From NCBI GenBank assembly GCA_002633005.1, contig NMRA01001022.1, forward strand, positions 4,982 through 68,981: a stretch of 64,000 bases of DNA, in the 5' to 3' direction. The position numbers were made by a program, and so were the translations under genes. Below are positions 13,368-26,425 of this stretch, piece after piece. Positions within the stretch are counted from its first letter, which is position 1. Each line of letters starts with the position of its first letter. This DNA comes from Phoronis australis. Lineage: Eukaryota > Animalia > Phoronida. The notes under the pieces were generated by a model. It did no database searches. It was not told the origin of the DNA and saw only the letters and a program-made list of their open reading frames with translations.

Positions 13368-15977
13368 GATGAACTGAATCAATGAGAGCTGAAGAAATGA
13401 AAGGTGTGATGATAAGAGCAAAGGCTAAGTGGGTGGAGGCAGGTGAAAAATCTACTAAATATTTTTGTAATCTGGAAAAATACTTTTATCAATAAGAATG
13501 TTACTAAATTGGTAACAGTGAGTGGTGAAGCAATTCAGGATTAAAAAGAACTTTTGAAAGAAATAAGTCAATTTTATAAAGAAGTGTATTCGTGTAAAGA
13601 CGGATTACTAGACGAAGTTAATTTGAATGACGTCATACCGAGCACGAACATTCGTAAATTAAGTGAAGCTGAAAGCAACTCACTCGAATCAGAAATCTCA
13701 GAAGGGGGCAGTGCTTAATTCATTGGAGCACATGAAAAATAATAAAGGTGCAGGTCTGGACGGTTTCACCACGGAATTTTATAAATTTTCTGGTACGACC
13801 TAGCGAAGTATCTTACTAAAGCGTACAATCACAGTTTCAGAAGAGGCTTCCTTCCAAACTCCAAACTCCAGGGAGTTATTACCATCATACCCAAAGGAAA
13901 TAAACTGAGAAAGAATATAAAAAATTGGAGGCCTATTTCTCTCTTGAATATAAATTACAAACTTTTGTCTTCTTGTATTTCCCAATGAGTTCGTTCTGTA
14001 ATACAAAACTTAATACACCGTGACCAAAAGGGTTTTCTCTCTGGGCGTTTCATAGCAGAAAATACAAGGCAGACTTATGACTTGATGCAATTTACTGAGC
14101 AGTTAATAAACCAGGTTTACTTGTACTGGTAGACTTTTAAAAGGCGTTTGACTCCTTGTCTTGGTCTTTTATTGACAAAGTTTTAAATTTCTTTAATTTT
14201 GGTCACTGAATGAAAAAATGGGTGCAAAGCAACGTGTTATACAAAACGGTGTCAAATCTAACTTTTTCGACATAGGGCGTGGTTGCAGGCAAGGTGATCC
14301 GTTATCGCCTTACCGTTTTATTCTATGTGCAGAGATTATGGGCTGGCTCTTTAGACTAGCCAGCAGCGTTAAGGGAATCCAGGTCGGATCGGTGGAATAC
14401 AAACAGTATGCAGATGATACGGTTATATCTTTAGATGGCTCGGAGCAGTCTCTGCGAAAAACGCTTCACATTTTAAACCATTTTGCAACATATTCTGGTC
14501 TAAAGCCTAATCTGTAAACAACAATTTGTATTTGGATAGGTTCTATGAAGGTTCCTATCAAAAATGTGCTGTGACGTAAAACTGAAATGGGCAACATCAC
14601 AATTCACTTTACTGGGTATTCAATTCTCCAGTGATTTAAATAAAATTCCCGACATTAATTTTAACAGCAAGCTTGGTGAAATAAAGAAGGCTATAGACAT
14701 GTGGGGAAAAAGAAACTTGATGCTTTATGGAAGAATAACAACTGTGAAACCGATAATTATGCCAAAACTCATTCATCTTTTTATAATTCTACCGTCCCCT
14801 TCACAGGCCTTCCTGAAGCAGCTAAACAAAATGTTCTACTGTTTTATATGGAACGGTAAAACTAAAAATTATGGCTCAAGATTACAATGTTGGTGGAGCT
14901 AGAATGATTGACCTCAGTTCTTTTATGAAAGCCATTAAATTAACTTGGTTTCGTAAACTACTTTGTCAAAGTACTACAAGTCCATGGGCAGTTTTAGCAA
15001 ATGGTATGTTATCAAGAGTTTCAAAGAATTACTTATTGCTCGGGGATTTTTATTTTACAAAGATGTCCCAAATGACTTCTTATGTGTTTTGCAAAGAGGT
15101 CTTTCAATATTTCTATGAATTCAGATTGTTAGTTCCCAAAAACGATGGCATTCATCAGCCTCTATGGTTTAATTCGAATGTACTGATAGATACAAGTAAC
15201 AAGCCTGTTTTCTGTAAACGGTGGTTTCCAAAAGGCATAACTCATGTGCGCGACTTACTTAATTCTGATGGTTGTTTCCTTAATTATGAGGAGTGTATAC
15301 AGAAATTTGACTTTACTCCTCAAGTAACTTTATTTTACGGTCTACGAAGCTCATTATATGCTCACTGGAGTTATCTCAGAGAGGGAAAGCATCACGTAAT
15401 TTTACTGCGTCGTCCACGATACACTGAAGTTATTTTGGGAGATGTCAAAGGAGTAGATAAAATTTACCAAGTTATTGTCTCACAGATTTGTGGAAAAACA
15501 AAGTGTCAAATGAAGTGGAGTAAAACATTAAATCTCCCGGATACTGCAGAATGGTGGTCCAGTGTCTTTTTCTTACATCTATTCATTCACCGAAGATTTT
15601 CTCTGAGATGGTTCAAATTTAGGCTGGTTCATGAAATTATAGGCTGTAATGATTGTTTATACTAGATTGGCGTAATTGATAGCTCATTGTGCACTTTTTG
15701 CTTAAGTGATATTGAATCTATTTCCCATGTGTACTGGTCTTGTAACGTTACTCAGTAGTTTTGGACTATTGTAAATAACTGGCTCGAAGATGCTGTTGGA
15801 CATAGTTTCGAATTGTCTATGCAATCAGTTCTGTTTGGTGTTCAGGTGGAAGCAGTTTTTCAAAGTATTGTTCTTTGCCTCGGAAAGTACCACATATGTA
15901 AACAAAGATTGAAATGTAAATATCCCTGCCTTGAAATGTTTAAAAAGGAAGTTGCACTGTACATTTCCACTGAAAGG

Positions 15978-16038
<61 letters not shown>

Positions 16039-16247
16039 TAATTAAATGAAGTATGGTGAATTGATAGAGCGCTGGAAAGGTCTTGACCTTGTTTGCTTGT
16101 TCTTTTTTCTCCAATGTCAAATTACCTTTGTACATATCAGCACTATTAACCCTAACTGTTCCTTGACTAAAACAAAAAAGTTATTGCATTTTGTAATTGT
16201 GTGATCTGTACCGTACCTATTATATTGAATAAAAGATATCATTAAAA
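13368..16247 (+). mobile_element. 5'-truncated Tx1/L1-like LINE (RT plus C-terminal zinc knuckle), pseudogenised
   Basis: Motifs IRAKAKWVEAGEKSTKYFCNLEK, KNWRPISLLN, GCRQGDPLSPY, QYADD, LCTFC..ESISHVYWSC; AATAAA at 16228 with a short A tail; AGTAG duplication at 13363-13367 / 16248-16252. Confidence 0.9.
15979..16040. repeat. (CA)n(TA)n microsatellite inside the LINE ORF2 end
   Basis: Visible directly in the sequence. Confidence 0.95.
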
Positions 16248-18790
16248 AGTAGACATTTTTCCACTATTCAATAGTGTCTGGTATACCATATTCTGCCTGC
16301 CACCTCATCTCAGACCTAGGCCTAGAATATTTGTGTAGCACAAAAGTGTTGTATATATGTTTCGTGCCCTTTTTGTTTGCAAGTAATAACTTCTCAAAAA
16401 TTAGGATAAAGGTTGCATAGAAGAAAAATTTGTCTCTTTGAGATTTCCCAATTTTGACAAACAGCCCCTCTGAGCCCAAAAAAATCACGAACATTGGTCT
16501 AAAATTGAACTCCATCAAAAGATAACGAATATCCATGCTCGTCTAGTAGGTCTGAGAAATAATAAACACCCATTTCAAACCATCTTCTCCACCAATCATA
16601 ACATGAGAAGCGGCATGTTTGTAGAAATAATTCCCAAATTTTAGACAATCCAATGATACTAAATCAGTGTTTAAGAGGAGACTTAACCATGCAGTAGAAT
16701 TTGTAGCTTTTAAGATCCTCCCCATCCATGTAATCTTAATTGCCTCTAGAAAAGAGTAAACATCTATCATTTTCCAACCGCCAAAGTCATAATGTTGAAT
16801 CATGGTTTTGCGACTAATTCTGTCACACTTTCCTCCCCAAATATAATTAAAAAACAGCAGTTCTTTCTAAATCTTTACATAACAGATTGTTGAGAATTGG
16901 CAAACATGACAAAACATAGATCAGTTTTTGGAGAAGAAATGATTTAATCACAGTAACTTTACCAAGATTACTTAAGTTTCTTTTTGACCATCTTACAATT
17001 TCCTTTTTAATATCAACCAACTTGCGCTCAACTTTCAAATTACTCATTTCCTGGATGCCAGTAGAAAAAACAATCCAAAGCATAGTAAACTGTGAGCTGG
17101 ACCATTTTAAACCCTTTTCAGAAAAAACCCTTAAACTGCTTTGCTTCACAGATCCTATCCAGGCTCAAGTTGTTTTTTTTTCTAAATTTGGAGTTAGACT
17201 GGAATACTTCGAGAACTGGTCAAGTAGATCAAGAGAGTTTTTTTAATGACCTTTCGGAATCATCGAAGGTGATAGCAGTGTCATCTGCATATTGTACTAG
17301 TTTAAATTCTTTGGATCCAATCTGGATACCTTTTATATTTTTGTTTTTCCTAAAGAGATTTCCCATAATCTCAGCACAGAGTAGAAAAAGATAGGGTAAT
17401 AAAGGATATCCTTTTTGGCAACCTCTACCCATTTCAAAAAATTGAGAGGTTTCTCCATATTGAATTATACAAGACATAGCTCTCTTATTAAGCAACGGTA
17501 CCCACGTTTTGATGTTTGGGCCTTAATTAAAAAAAAACAAGTTTTTTTGTAGAAATACCCAAGATACTGAGTCGAACGCCTTCTCAAAATCCACCAGAAC
17601 CAGTAATCCAGGAATATTTAATTGGTCAGTTGCACAGATAAGATCATAGATTAATCCAATATTTTCACCAATTAATCTACCAACAAGATCGTGGATCAAA
17701 CAATTTAAGACAGACTTAACACGTTCAGAAATACAGGCTGAAATTAATTTATAATTTATATTGAACAATGACATTGGCCTCCAGTTTTTGAGAAGTTTCC
17801 TAGGTTTGTTAGCTTTTGGGATAATTTGGATAACACCTTGTTTTACAGCGGAGAGTAGGCAATTCTGTAAAAACGTACCATTAAAAGCTCCAACTAAATC
17901 GTCGCTCAAATCAGACCAAAAAATTTGTAAAATTCCATTGTAAAACCATTGAGACCTGGAGTCTTATTATTTTTCAATTTTTAGAACAAATAGAATTTCA
18001 TCATAAGTAATACTTTCTTCCAATCAATCTCTTAATGCTATCTTCCAGTTTTGGTGAATCAGTGTTTTCTAAAATTTCATCTAAATCATATTGGGAAAAG
18101 TGATCATCCTTTTTGGCATAAAGATTGTAGTAAAATTTCCTCCAGAACTCCCTTTTGACTACAGATCAATGTACCATTGTCATCTATTAAACTTGAGATG
18201 TTTTTATTAAAAAATTCCGCTTTTCTAAATTTACAAATATCCTGTTGGCTTCTCACCATTTTCTATACACTGAGCACGAGAACTCATTATTAATCCATCG
18301 ATGAATTCCTTTCGGATTTCTTCGTACTTTGCCTGAAGAATTTCTAGCCAATCACTGAAAATTCAGAATCGGTATTCTGAACGAACTGGTGGACAGTACT
18401 TATCAATCTTTTCTAAATGCACTTTTCTGTTTCTTTTCCTTATTTTTGAAAGCACTATATGACAGCGTGAAAGATCTAATGTTCAGTAGGAACATGTTAA
18501 ACAGTAAAACTTCTTCAATGTCAGAAGCATATTCACTTTTGGTGTCTTGAATAATAATTATTTCTTGCTCCACATCCCGTAGTAGAGAATTATTAAATTT
18601 CCATAAGCCTCTGCCACATTCAAAAGAGTGCAATTTTATATCCAAACGAATGGCTGAATGATCAGTTCTGTAACCTGGGTTAATTTTTACCGCGTTTAAC
18701 AAAGATAATAACTCGTCGGAAATTAGAAAAAGTCAAGGTTTTTTCTACTCCGTGTAAAAGAGGTACGGTCTGGATTGTAGACTCTCCTAG
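16248..18790 (-). mobile_element. Tx1/L1-like LINE ORF2 (end of endonuclease, RT), pseudogenised
   Basis: Motifs PGYRTDHSAI..GRGLWKFNNSLL, KNWRPMSL, DFEKAFDSVSW, QYADD; many frameshifts. Confidence 0.9.
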
Positions 18791-18849
18791 GATCAACTTT
18801 CGGAATTATTTAATTGTGATTTCCATTGTGAAGTGACGAGTTCTGAAAT

Positions 18850-19640
18850 GAGGATGCTTTGAAAAGTATCACAATAATGATGGCATTATAGAAACACAGC
18901 GTCAGCTAAGTGCTGTAAGTGCCGCAAACGCGACCCAGTCTCTAAATGAATTCTTACACTCGCGACGTGGTGTGAACCGCTCCGACGGGATTTAACTAGC
19001 CGGGAGATAAAACTGAACTTGAGCTCTCTCAAACATGCAGTATGAAGCCAAGGCTTAAATTTATTATTTTCATATTGCATGAAACTCTTCTACTTCATTA
19101 CTAACATAAGCAGTTTTCAGCGCATCATGTGTCGTGTCTAACAAGATATATTTGACACTAGAAGGTTTGCTTCCCAAGGTGTAAAAGCCGCGGACGACGC
19201 CACGAAGAAAGAGTTTGTTTTTAAATCGAAATACGTTACACCTCGTCAGCTTGCTAAAGGTCGTGAGTGTAAAAGGTATTGAAAAACTAGGACGCGTTTG
19301 CAACGCGTCCCGTGATGCATGAGATATTTTCTTTTCCATTTCCGGGAGAGAGCTTTATGTAAGTGTCACATCATTCACCGTGCAAATACACTTATCCCGG
19401 TATGTAGGCACTCCTCCTCCCAAGAAAGTAACACCCCTCCCAAGAAAGCACTCCCCCTCCCAAGAAAGAAGTGCTTCTATAAAAGACACCCACTGCGTAT
19501 TATACCACAACAACCGCCTCACACAGGACAACACACAAAGCGCACGCATGAGAATAAACTCCTCCGCATAAAACTCACAACTCCACCACGTGGCATCGCA
19601 TGGCTTCTACATGGTCTTCTAAAATTTAAGTTCATAATTG
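18850..19640 (+). mobile_element. Decayed Ngaro/DIRS-like 3' end (possible SGNH remnant plus terminal repeat)
   Basis: 19350-19640 is a diverged inverted homologue of 19910-20265 and has three CTCCCAAGAAAG units. Upstream fragments IKLNLSSLK..LLFS and LFLNRNTLHL..KGIEKL weakly resemble an SGNH C-terminal half. Confidence 0.35.
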
Positions 19641-20167
19641 TTTCGTAATTCCGTAATTTACGCTGATGTAGTTGTCAGGGTTGTATTGTCCACATTTTGA
19701 GGGAATGCCTTGAAGGGGTTACCTCTGAAGTACTGTTCGCAATTTTCGGCAAGACTGTCACTAAAAATGTAGCCCATGGAAAATCATACAAAAGACAAAG
19801 TTATTCATAGTCAGGGTAAAAAATAACGGCACAAAAAACATCATTGGATCTGTCCGAAACAACCCCTGGTTATCCAGCAAATGAAGTGCCTCCAAACGCG
19901 ACATAGGATTCGGATATAATAAGCATTTATGAACCTCCATTTTAAGGCGGCAAAAAGAAGCCATAAGATGCCACACGGGGGAGTTATGCGTTTTGCGCGG
20001 GGGAGTTCATTATGAGGCGTGCGCTCTGCGCGCTGATCGCGAGAGGGAGTATGCTCGGGGGGCCATTGTGAGGCAGGTGAGCGCGTGCGTGTATGGGGGG
20101 ATTGGGTGTTATGGTATGAGACCCAGATGTGAGGTGTCTTTCTTAGGGGCATTGCTTACATGTACTT

Positions 20168-22970
20168 GGGAGGAGTTGCTTTCTTGAGAGGAGAATCGAT
20201 TTTTTTGGGAGCGGGAGAGCTTTCTTGGAATGGGGAATAGACACAGGGGTGATGTGACACTTGTGCGCTTCCATAGAAATAGAACGGCTGCACGAATCTC
20301 GTATTAACAGCTGTACTAGAGGCCACAACGGAATGTTTGGTGTCTACAGACAACAACACCCGGATGTTATTTCAAAGGTAGTCCATTTGTCACGTTTTTC
20401 CCTGTGTGTGGGTGGGCGCAGGTTGTTACAGACCGGTGCTAATAGCTTTCGGTGCGACGATTGACTGAAGACTGGTTCGAGTTAATCCTTTATTAATCCC
20501 GACCGTACATTCACATGCCTACTCAAACAAAACGTCCGACGTAATGTCTGTTTTATGCTCCAGCCAGTGCTCCGTAGCCGATGAAGACGTAGTCGGTGAT
20601 GTAGAGGTGAGGACGGTTGGTGTAAGTGTAGTCTGGTGAACAGTTGAAGAAGTCGCCGTGTTATTGATGGTTGGCTGGGTTGAGGTCTCCAAAGGCTGAG
20701 GTAGATCTTTGGGTGCCCCGAAGTGTCGAATTGCCCCGTAATTGCGTGAAGTTACGGATGAAGTGGACGACGGCGGCTGGACGGATGGCACTTGGCGAGA
20801 TGGTCGACGAGTCTGGTATGGCGAGGAAGTTTTTCTCGTGGATTGTCGTGGCATGCTGAAAGGGAAAAGTAAAATGAGCAGAAATGGAACAATGAAACAA
20901 TAAGCCAGCAACTTAATGGCTGGACCACGAGGCAAAGGAAAGAAACTGGAGATGTGAATTAAGATGGAATTTCACTCATCATTAAGAACTAAGGAGTAAA
21001 TTATAGAAGCCTGAATGGTCGAACCCATAGTTAAACGGGGACTCATGAATAAACTGGCAAAATTAATGCAAACTGTAAGATGAAGTAGACACACAAGGTG
21101 TACCTAGAACTAAGTAATAAGCTCATAGAAACTTGAACTGTCAGACCCGTGTAGAAACGGAAACCAATGAATGCAATGAAAAGTACTTGTAAACTGAAGT
21201 AAACACCCAAGGTGTTACCAGACTGACTTATTCGAATGGCAGTACCGAGCCGTACGAAGTGTAAACTGAAGTAGGCAACCAAGGTGCTACCAGATAGAGT
21301 AGTCAATGTACAGGGACCACTGCATGGATGGAGTAAACAACGTGTAAACTGAAGAAACGTATAAGCTTAATGGAAGGAGATGTGAAAGGGGAACGGAGCA
21401 ATAATACAATTACGGACATACTGAAATTATACAAGGAATTAGATGGGGAGGAATGTGGTAGGGGGCAATTATGAGAGGAGAGTCAGGCGGCGGAGGTGGT
21501 GGCCGAAAGCAAAGCGGACGCTGGGAGCTTGCTTGCGGATGCCTAAAGGGTTAAAGTGGACGAGGNGGGAGGAGTTGCTTTCTTGAGAGGAGAATCGATT
21601 TTTTTGGGAGCGGGAGAGCTTTCTTGGAATGGGGAATAGACACAGGGGTGATGTGACACTTGTGCGCTTCCATAGAAATAGAACGGCTGCACGAATCTCG
21701 TATTAACAGCTGTACTAGAGGCCACAACGGAATGTTTGGTGTTTACAGACAACAACACCCGGATGTTATTTCAAAGGTAGTCCATTTGTCACGTTTTTCC
21801 CCGTGTGTGGGTGGGCGCAGGTTGTTACAGACCGGTGAGAATAGCTTTCGGTGCGACGATTGACTGAAGACTGGTTCGAGTTAATCCTTTATTAATCCCG
21901 ACCGTACATTCACAAGCCTGCTCAAACAAAACGTCCGACGTAATGTCTGTTTTATGCTCCAGCCAGTGCTCCGTAGCCGATGAAGACGTAGTCGGTGATG
22001 TAGAGGTGAGGACGGTTGGTGTAAGTGTAGTCTTGTGAACAGTTGAAGAAGTCACCGTGTTATTGATGGTTGGCTGGGTTGAGGTCTCCAAAGGCTGAGG
22101 TGGATCTTTGGGTGTCCCGAAGTGTCGAATTGCCCCGTAATTGCGTGATGAGGTCTGAAGTTACGGATGAGGTGGACGACGGCGGCTGGACGGATGGCAC
22201 TTGGCGAGATGGTCGACGAGTCTGGTATGGCGAGGAAGTTTTTCTCGTGGATTGTCGTGGCATGCTGAAAGGGAAAAGTAAAATGAGCAGAAATGGAATA
22301 ATGAAACAATAGGCCAGCAACTTAATGGCTGGGCCACGAGGCAAAGGAAAGAAACTGGAGATGTGAATTAAGATGGAATTTCACTCAACATTAAGAACTA
22401 AGGAGTAAATTATAGAAGCCTGAATGGTCGAACCCATAGTTAAACGGGGACTTATGAATAAACAGCCAAAATTAATGCAAACTGTAAGATGAAGCAGACA
22501 CACAAGGTGTACCTAGAACTAAGTAAAAAGCTCATAGAAACTTGAACTGTCAGACCCGTGTAGAAACGGAAACCAATGAATAAAATGAAAAGTAATTGTA
22601 AACTGAAGTAAACACCCAAGGTGATACCAGACTGACTTATCCGAATGGCAGTACCGAGCCGTACGAAGTGTAAACTGAAGTAGGCAACCAAGGTGCTACC
22701 AGATAGAGTAGTCAATGTACAGGGACCACTGCATGGATGGAGTAAACAACATGTAAACTGAAGAAACGTATAATAAGCTTAATGGAAGGAGATGTGAAAG
22801 GGGAACGGAGCAATAGTACAATTACGGGAAATTATACAAGGAATTAGATGGGGAGGAATGTGGTAGGGGGCAATTATGAGAGGAGAGTCAGGCGGCGGAG
22901 GTGGTGGCCGAAAGCAAAGCGGACGCTGGGAGCTTGCTTGCGGATGCCTAAAGGGTTAAAGTGGACGAGG
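20168..22970. repeat. About 1.4-kb direct duplication (20168-21565 / 21567-22970) joined by a single N
   Basis: Near-identical copies with scattered SNPs and small indels; the junction is the N at 21566. Confidence 0.95.
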
Positions 22971-23450
22971 TCAGGGCGGTCTTTCCAGAAACCGCCCATA
23001 TGAATCCAAAAGAAGACCGTGGGGAGGTCGGTGAGGAGGTATTTGAGGTGGAAGTTAAGGGATTGGCAACTAGCGTTAAAGGTGCCGTCATCGGGAAACG
23101 GTAGAATATCATGCCAATGATGACCGACTGAACGGAAGGATAAGACTGGAGGATAGACTCGAAAAATGAAATGAGGTCGTGGGCCATGCAGAGACAACGG
23201 GTTAGAGTGGGATTAGAGAGATCGTTTTCGGCGATCTGCAGGAAAACTAAATCGGCCGGGGATTTGGGCAATGGCGGGGGTTAAATGGCAAACAGAACAT
23301 GGGCCACAGGCGAGTGTGGCCCCGGACAACCCCAAAGATTTGACGGATACAGTGGACTCGTGGAAGCCCAGATTGGACAGGACCTGGGCGGTCGCCGTAG
23401 GCGAATTAAGATAGGCGTCCAGCCAACGAACGTAGGAACTGCCCAGTGCT
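22900..23450 (-). pseudogene. SGNH/GDSL hydrolase ORF, frameshifted (element-borne)
   Basis: All four SGNH blocks in order: LGSSYVRWL (I), GLSGAT (II), LVFLQIAENDL (III), DLVHFNPLGIRK (V), across two frameshifts. Confidence 0.75.
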
Positions 23451-25044
23451 GTAGTGGTAAAATTAGAGGTACGTAGGCGCCCAAAGCCTGCACCGTATCA
23501 CCTTGAGCACTGAAGCTAACTTACGGTGCGTAGGCGCTACGTTCAAATGCCAAAAGGTGTTTGGCTGCGCCTACGTGCGCCTAACGCCCCACTGCAGCAT
23601 AAGTTGAACTGCCCAAAATCAAACAACTAGGTGGTCTGGTTAGTCTAATGAATCAGGAAAACGTTATGATACATGTACCTTACAGAGGTGAAGTGACGGA
23701 GAGTGGTGAAAATTCAAGTAGAAATAGACTGAAAACTCCCAACTTGAAGACAATTATGGACGATGGACCAGTGTTGCGACAAGACAAAGAGATCATGTGG
23801 TACAATTAAACCAATAATCGTACAACTTATAAGAGGGTCACTGACCCAGGAATCCAAAAAAATAAGATAATGAGAACGAAGCAGTATAGCTTACAAAAAA
23901 ATATTACTTAAAAGATATTTATAGAAATTTAGACCAAATCGTATTCCATTAGATTTCTACATGTAGCCACGAATATGTTAACTACTATTTACCGACAGGT
24001 ACGTGTCTAATGCACTCGTGCACACACAGCTCAAGATGCTGAGAATTATTGAAGATAGAATTGAAATTTTACCACATGGCTCTCTCAGAGTGCATTAGCA
24101 GACGCCATTTTCATCTCGTAGAGATCGCAACTAATCCAACTAAGGAATGATCTATTTTCGTGGACTAAGAAGATCCATATAAGCAACTAGACGTCACACA
24201 ATTACGTAATTGTAAATCCAAAGTGCGACAAACTTTACGCGGTAAGGGATACAAGTTGTCACAAATCGCGGAGATTTCATCTATGCTCAAACTCGTAGCA
24301 ACTTGCACATACGTTTGCAACACTGATTGTTTTAGATAAATAGAACGCACTTGCATCTTTCAGGTCTACTGAAGAGCTTTGTGAGGTAGAGCTCCGAAAA
24401 CCAATGATGACTTAGGAAGTCGAACGTGACTGGGTCACTTTCGACACTTCATTTGCGCCAAGTTCGCAATGATTTTTGCCTTTCGACAAGCCTGATTTTA
24501 TGCAAGCTACTCTATCGAGATTTCAAATACTAACGATATTCTCAATTTCATGGTAAAGTCTTTAAGATAAAGATACATGTTAGTTGACACTCGACAATTT
24601 GACTTTACGAATGACGAAATTCGATGCAGGCTCTTCTACAGTGGATATATTCTATCTGTTTTACGGCCTAGTGTCTTATGAGATGAAATGAACGCTTGGT
24701 AGCTAGAAATGTTACTAAAGTGAGGTGATCTCTACAGAGCTACGTCTGCTTGCAGTGATGATCTCTCTATCCTACAATCCTTTGTGCATGAACGCTATTC
24801 CTTAATTGGGTACTTTTCGTAGACGCAAGTCTTGCATGGAAGCTAGCGTGATCACTTACTTCTCTTGTAATACATAGCGATATCTCGCGAAGTTCTGCAT
24901 TATCTTGCCTATACCCGAAGTTATAGCCACTTTCTAACGTATGCCAGACCAAATACGCGGATATAAGGTTCAAAAGGAAGACAATGTACCTTTATACACT
25001 CACATACTGTAAAGATAATCCTTGCTTTCAAAGGGGAAAGCATC

Positions 25045-25580
25045 CATTTCTGATGTTACCTTATACAACAAGAGCAACTATTTGGCATTTCATTGAAATC
25101 CGTCAGTCGGTTCTCTAGGTATCATTCGGAAACGCTCCTGTACCCAAAACGACACTTGAAAAGCCCTTTGTCGAGAACAAAATGACCACTAGGAGGGGAC
25201 GCAATAATCGAATCTGCCCGGAAATAGAAATTGTGCCGGCTCATTAATATCACATACCTTTTTGTCAAGTTTCATTGAAGTACGTCAATGCATTCTCTAG
25301 GTATAATACGGAAGTATTGAAAAAGCCACGCCTTCCTGACTCCAGGGGGCAGAGCAGTTTGAAAAGTAGCATGATGCCTTTCACTTTTGGGCCAAATTTC
25401 TTCAAGGAAAGTTCAGCCAGACGTTTTCAGGATTTCGATAGGACAACCAGATAAGGTAACGTCCGTACGAAGTAACAACAAATGTGTATATATTTATATA
25501 TGTGTGTGTGTGTGTGCGTGTGTGTGTGCATATATATGTGCATGTGTGCGTGTGTGTGCGTCTGTGAGGGATGGGTGTTG
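25045..25580. repeat. Fragment of a Helentron-type non-autonomous repeat with (TG)n/(TA)n tract
   Basis: Two TTTCATTGAA..CGTCA..TTCTCTAGGTAT..CGGAA units (about 25088 and 25270), followed by a microsatellite at about 25486-25560. Confidence 0.45.
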
Positions 25581-26425
25581 TCGGATAAAAATGCGTATTC
25601 TTGTATACCTTGAAAAGACATTGCTGTGTGTTATGTGCTGTTTCCTTGATGAGCATGTACCATCCATGAAACCATAGAAAGTGATGCTAACGGTCCAATA
25701 AAGAGCCATCATATTGGTTCTGCATTCACAATCATTAGGCAGACACGAATTACCTAGGCAGACTGTGTTCAATAGAGTATAGTAGGGCATGAACGCACGT
25801 CTTTGCTTAACGAGTACTGCTTCAAAATGAATTATAAAACAGTCATGAAAGAATCTCAACATTTTGACTGAGGTGTGTAGTTTGCAGGGGCGTCATGTCT
25901 GCCCACAAATTTAAAAATACGCATGAAGTTAGCACAGGTTGTAATAATTTGCGCAGTTGCTTGTGGCACAACCACCCAACGTGATAAACCTCCCTTGTAC
26001 CCAACAAGGTTCCCTGGTGACGGTGGTTACTTTCTGTCAATTATCAGAAAGAGGCAATCTTCTTCAAATTAAACATCAATCTTACACAAAATATGCGATT
26101 AAGAATGACGCTATTTTAGTACTTAAAAGTACTAAATTGGTGGCGTCCGGTGTTTAATAGCAATGCTATCTACATCTCATAAGGCATCAGCTATATTTCT
26201 TCGTAATTAGGAGTTCAGTGACTGGTAATCAAGAATTTGTATTACTGTTAATTAGTGGTGCTCAGGCTAATTCATATCTGACATCATCGCTTCAAATGTC
26301 ACCATGACAATAATACTTCTTGCTGCCAAGATCCGACAAGATGTCACGTGATTCGTTACCTCGACTGTATTTAAAAGAATTGGGGAGCATAGCTCGTCAT
26401 TTGTTCTCTCTAGGAAACCTTGAAC

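Larger units (their letters stand above)
19910..23620 (-). mobile_element. Ngaro/DIRS-like tyrosine-recombinase retroelement derivative (non-autonomous)
   Basis: Order on the minus strand: weak recombinase C-terminal traces (GSSTYAA; AQGDTVQALGAY), SGNH hydrolase, a Ser/Thr/Pro-rich gag-like ORF (MPRQSTRK..), then a terminal-repeat-like block. No RT is seen. Confidence 0.5.

Noticed and set aside
20519-20935. Secreted mucin-like host gene
   Set aside because: The two copies differ by a frameshifting indel and stops, and it lies within the retroelement-like unit; more likely a decayed element ORF.
24362-24402. Hammerhead-ribozyme-like CTGAAGA-stem-GAAA
   Set aside because: Three extra bases precede GAAA and no stem I can form.
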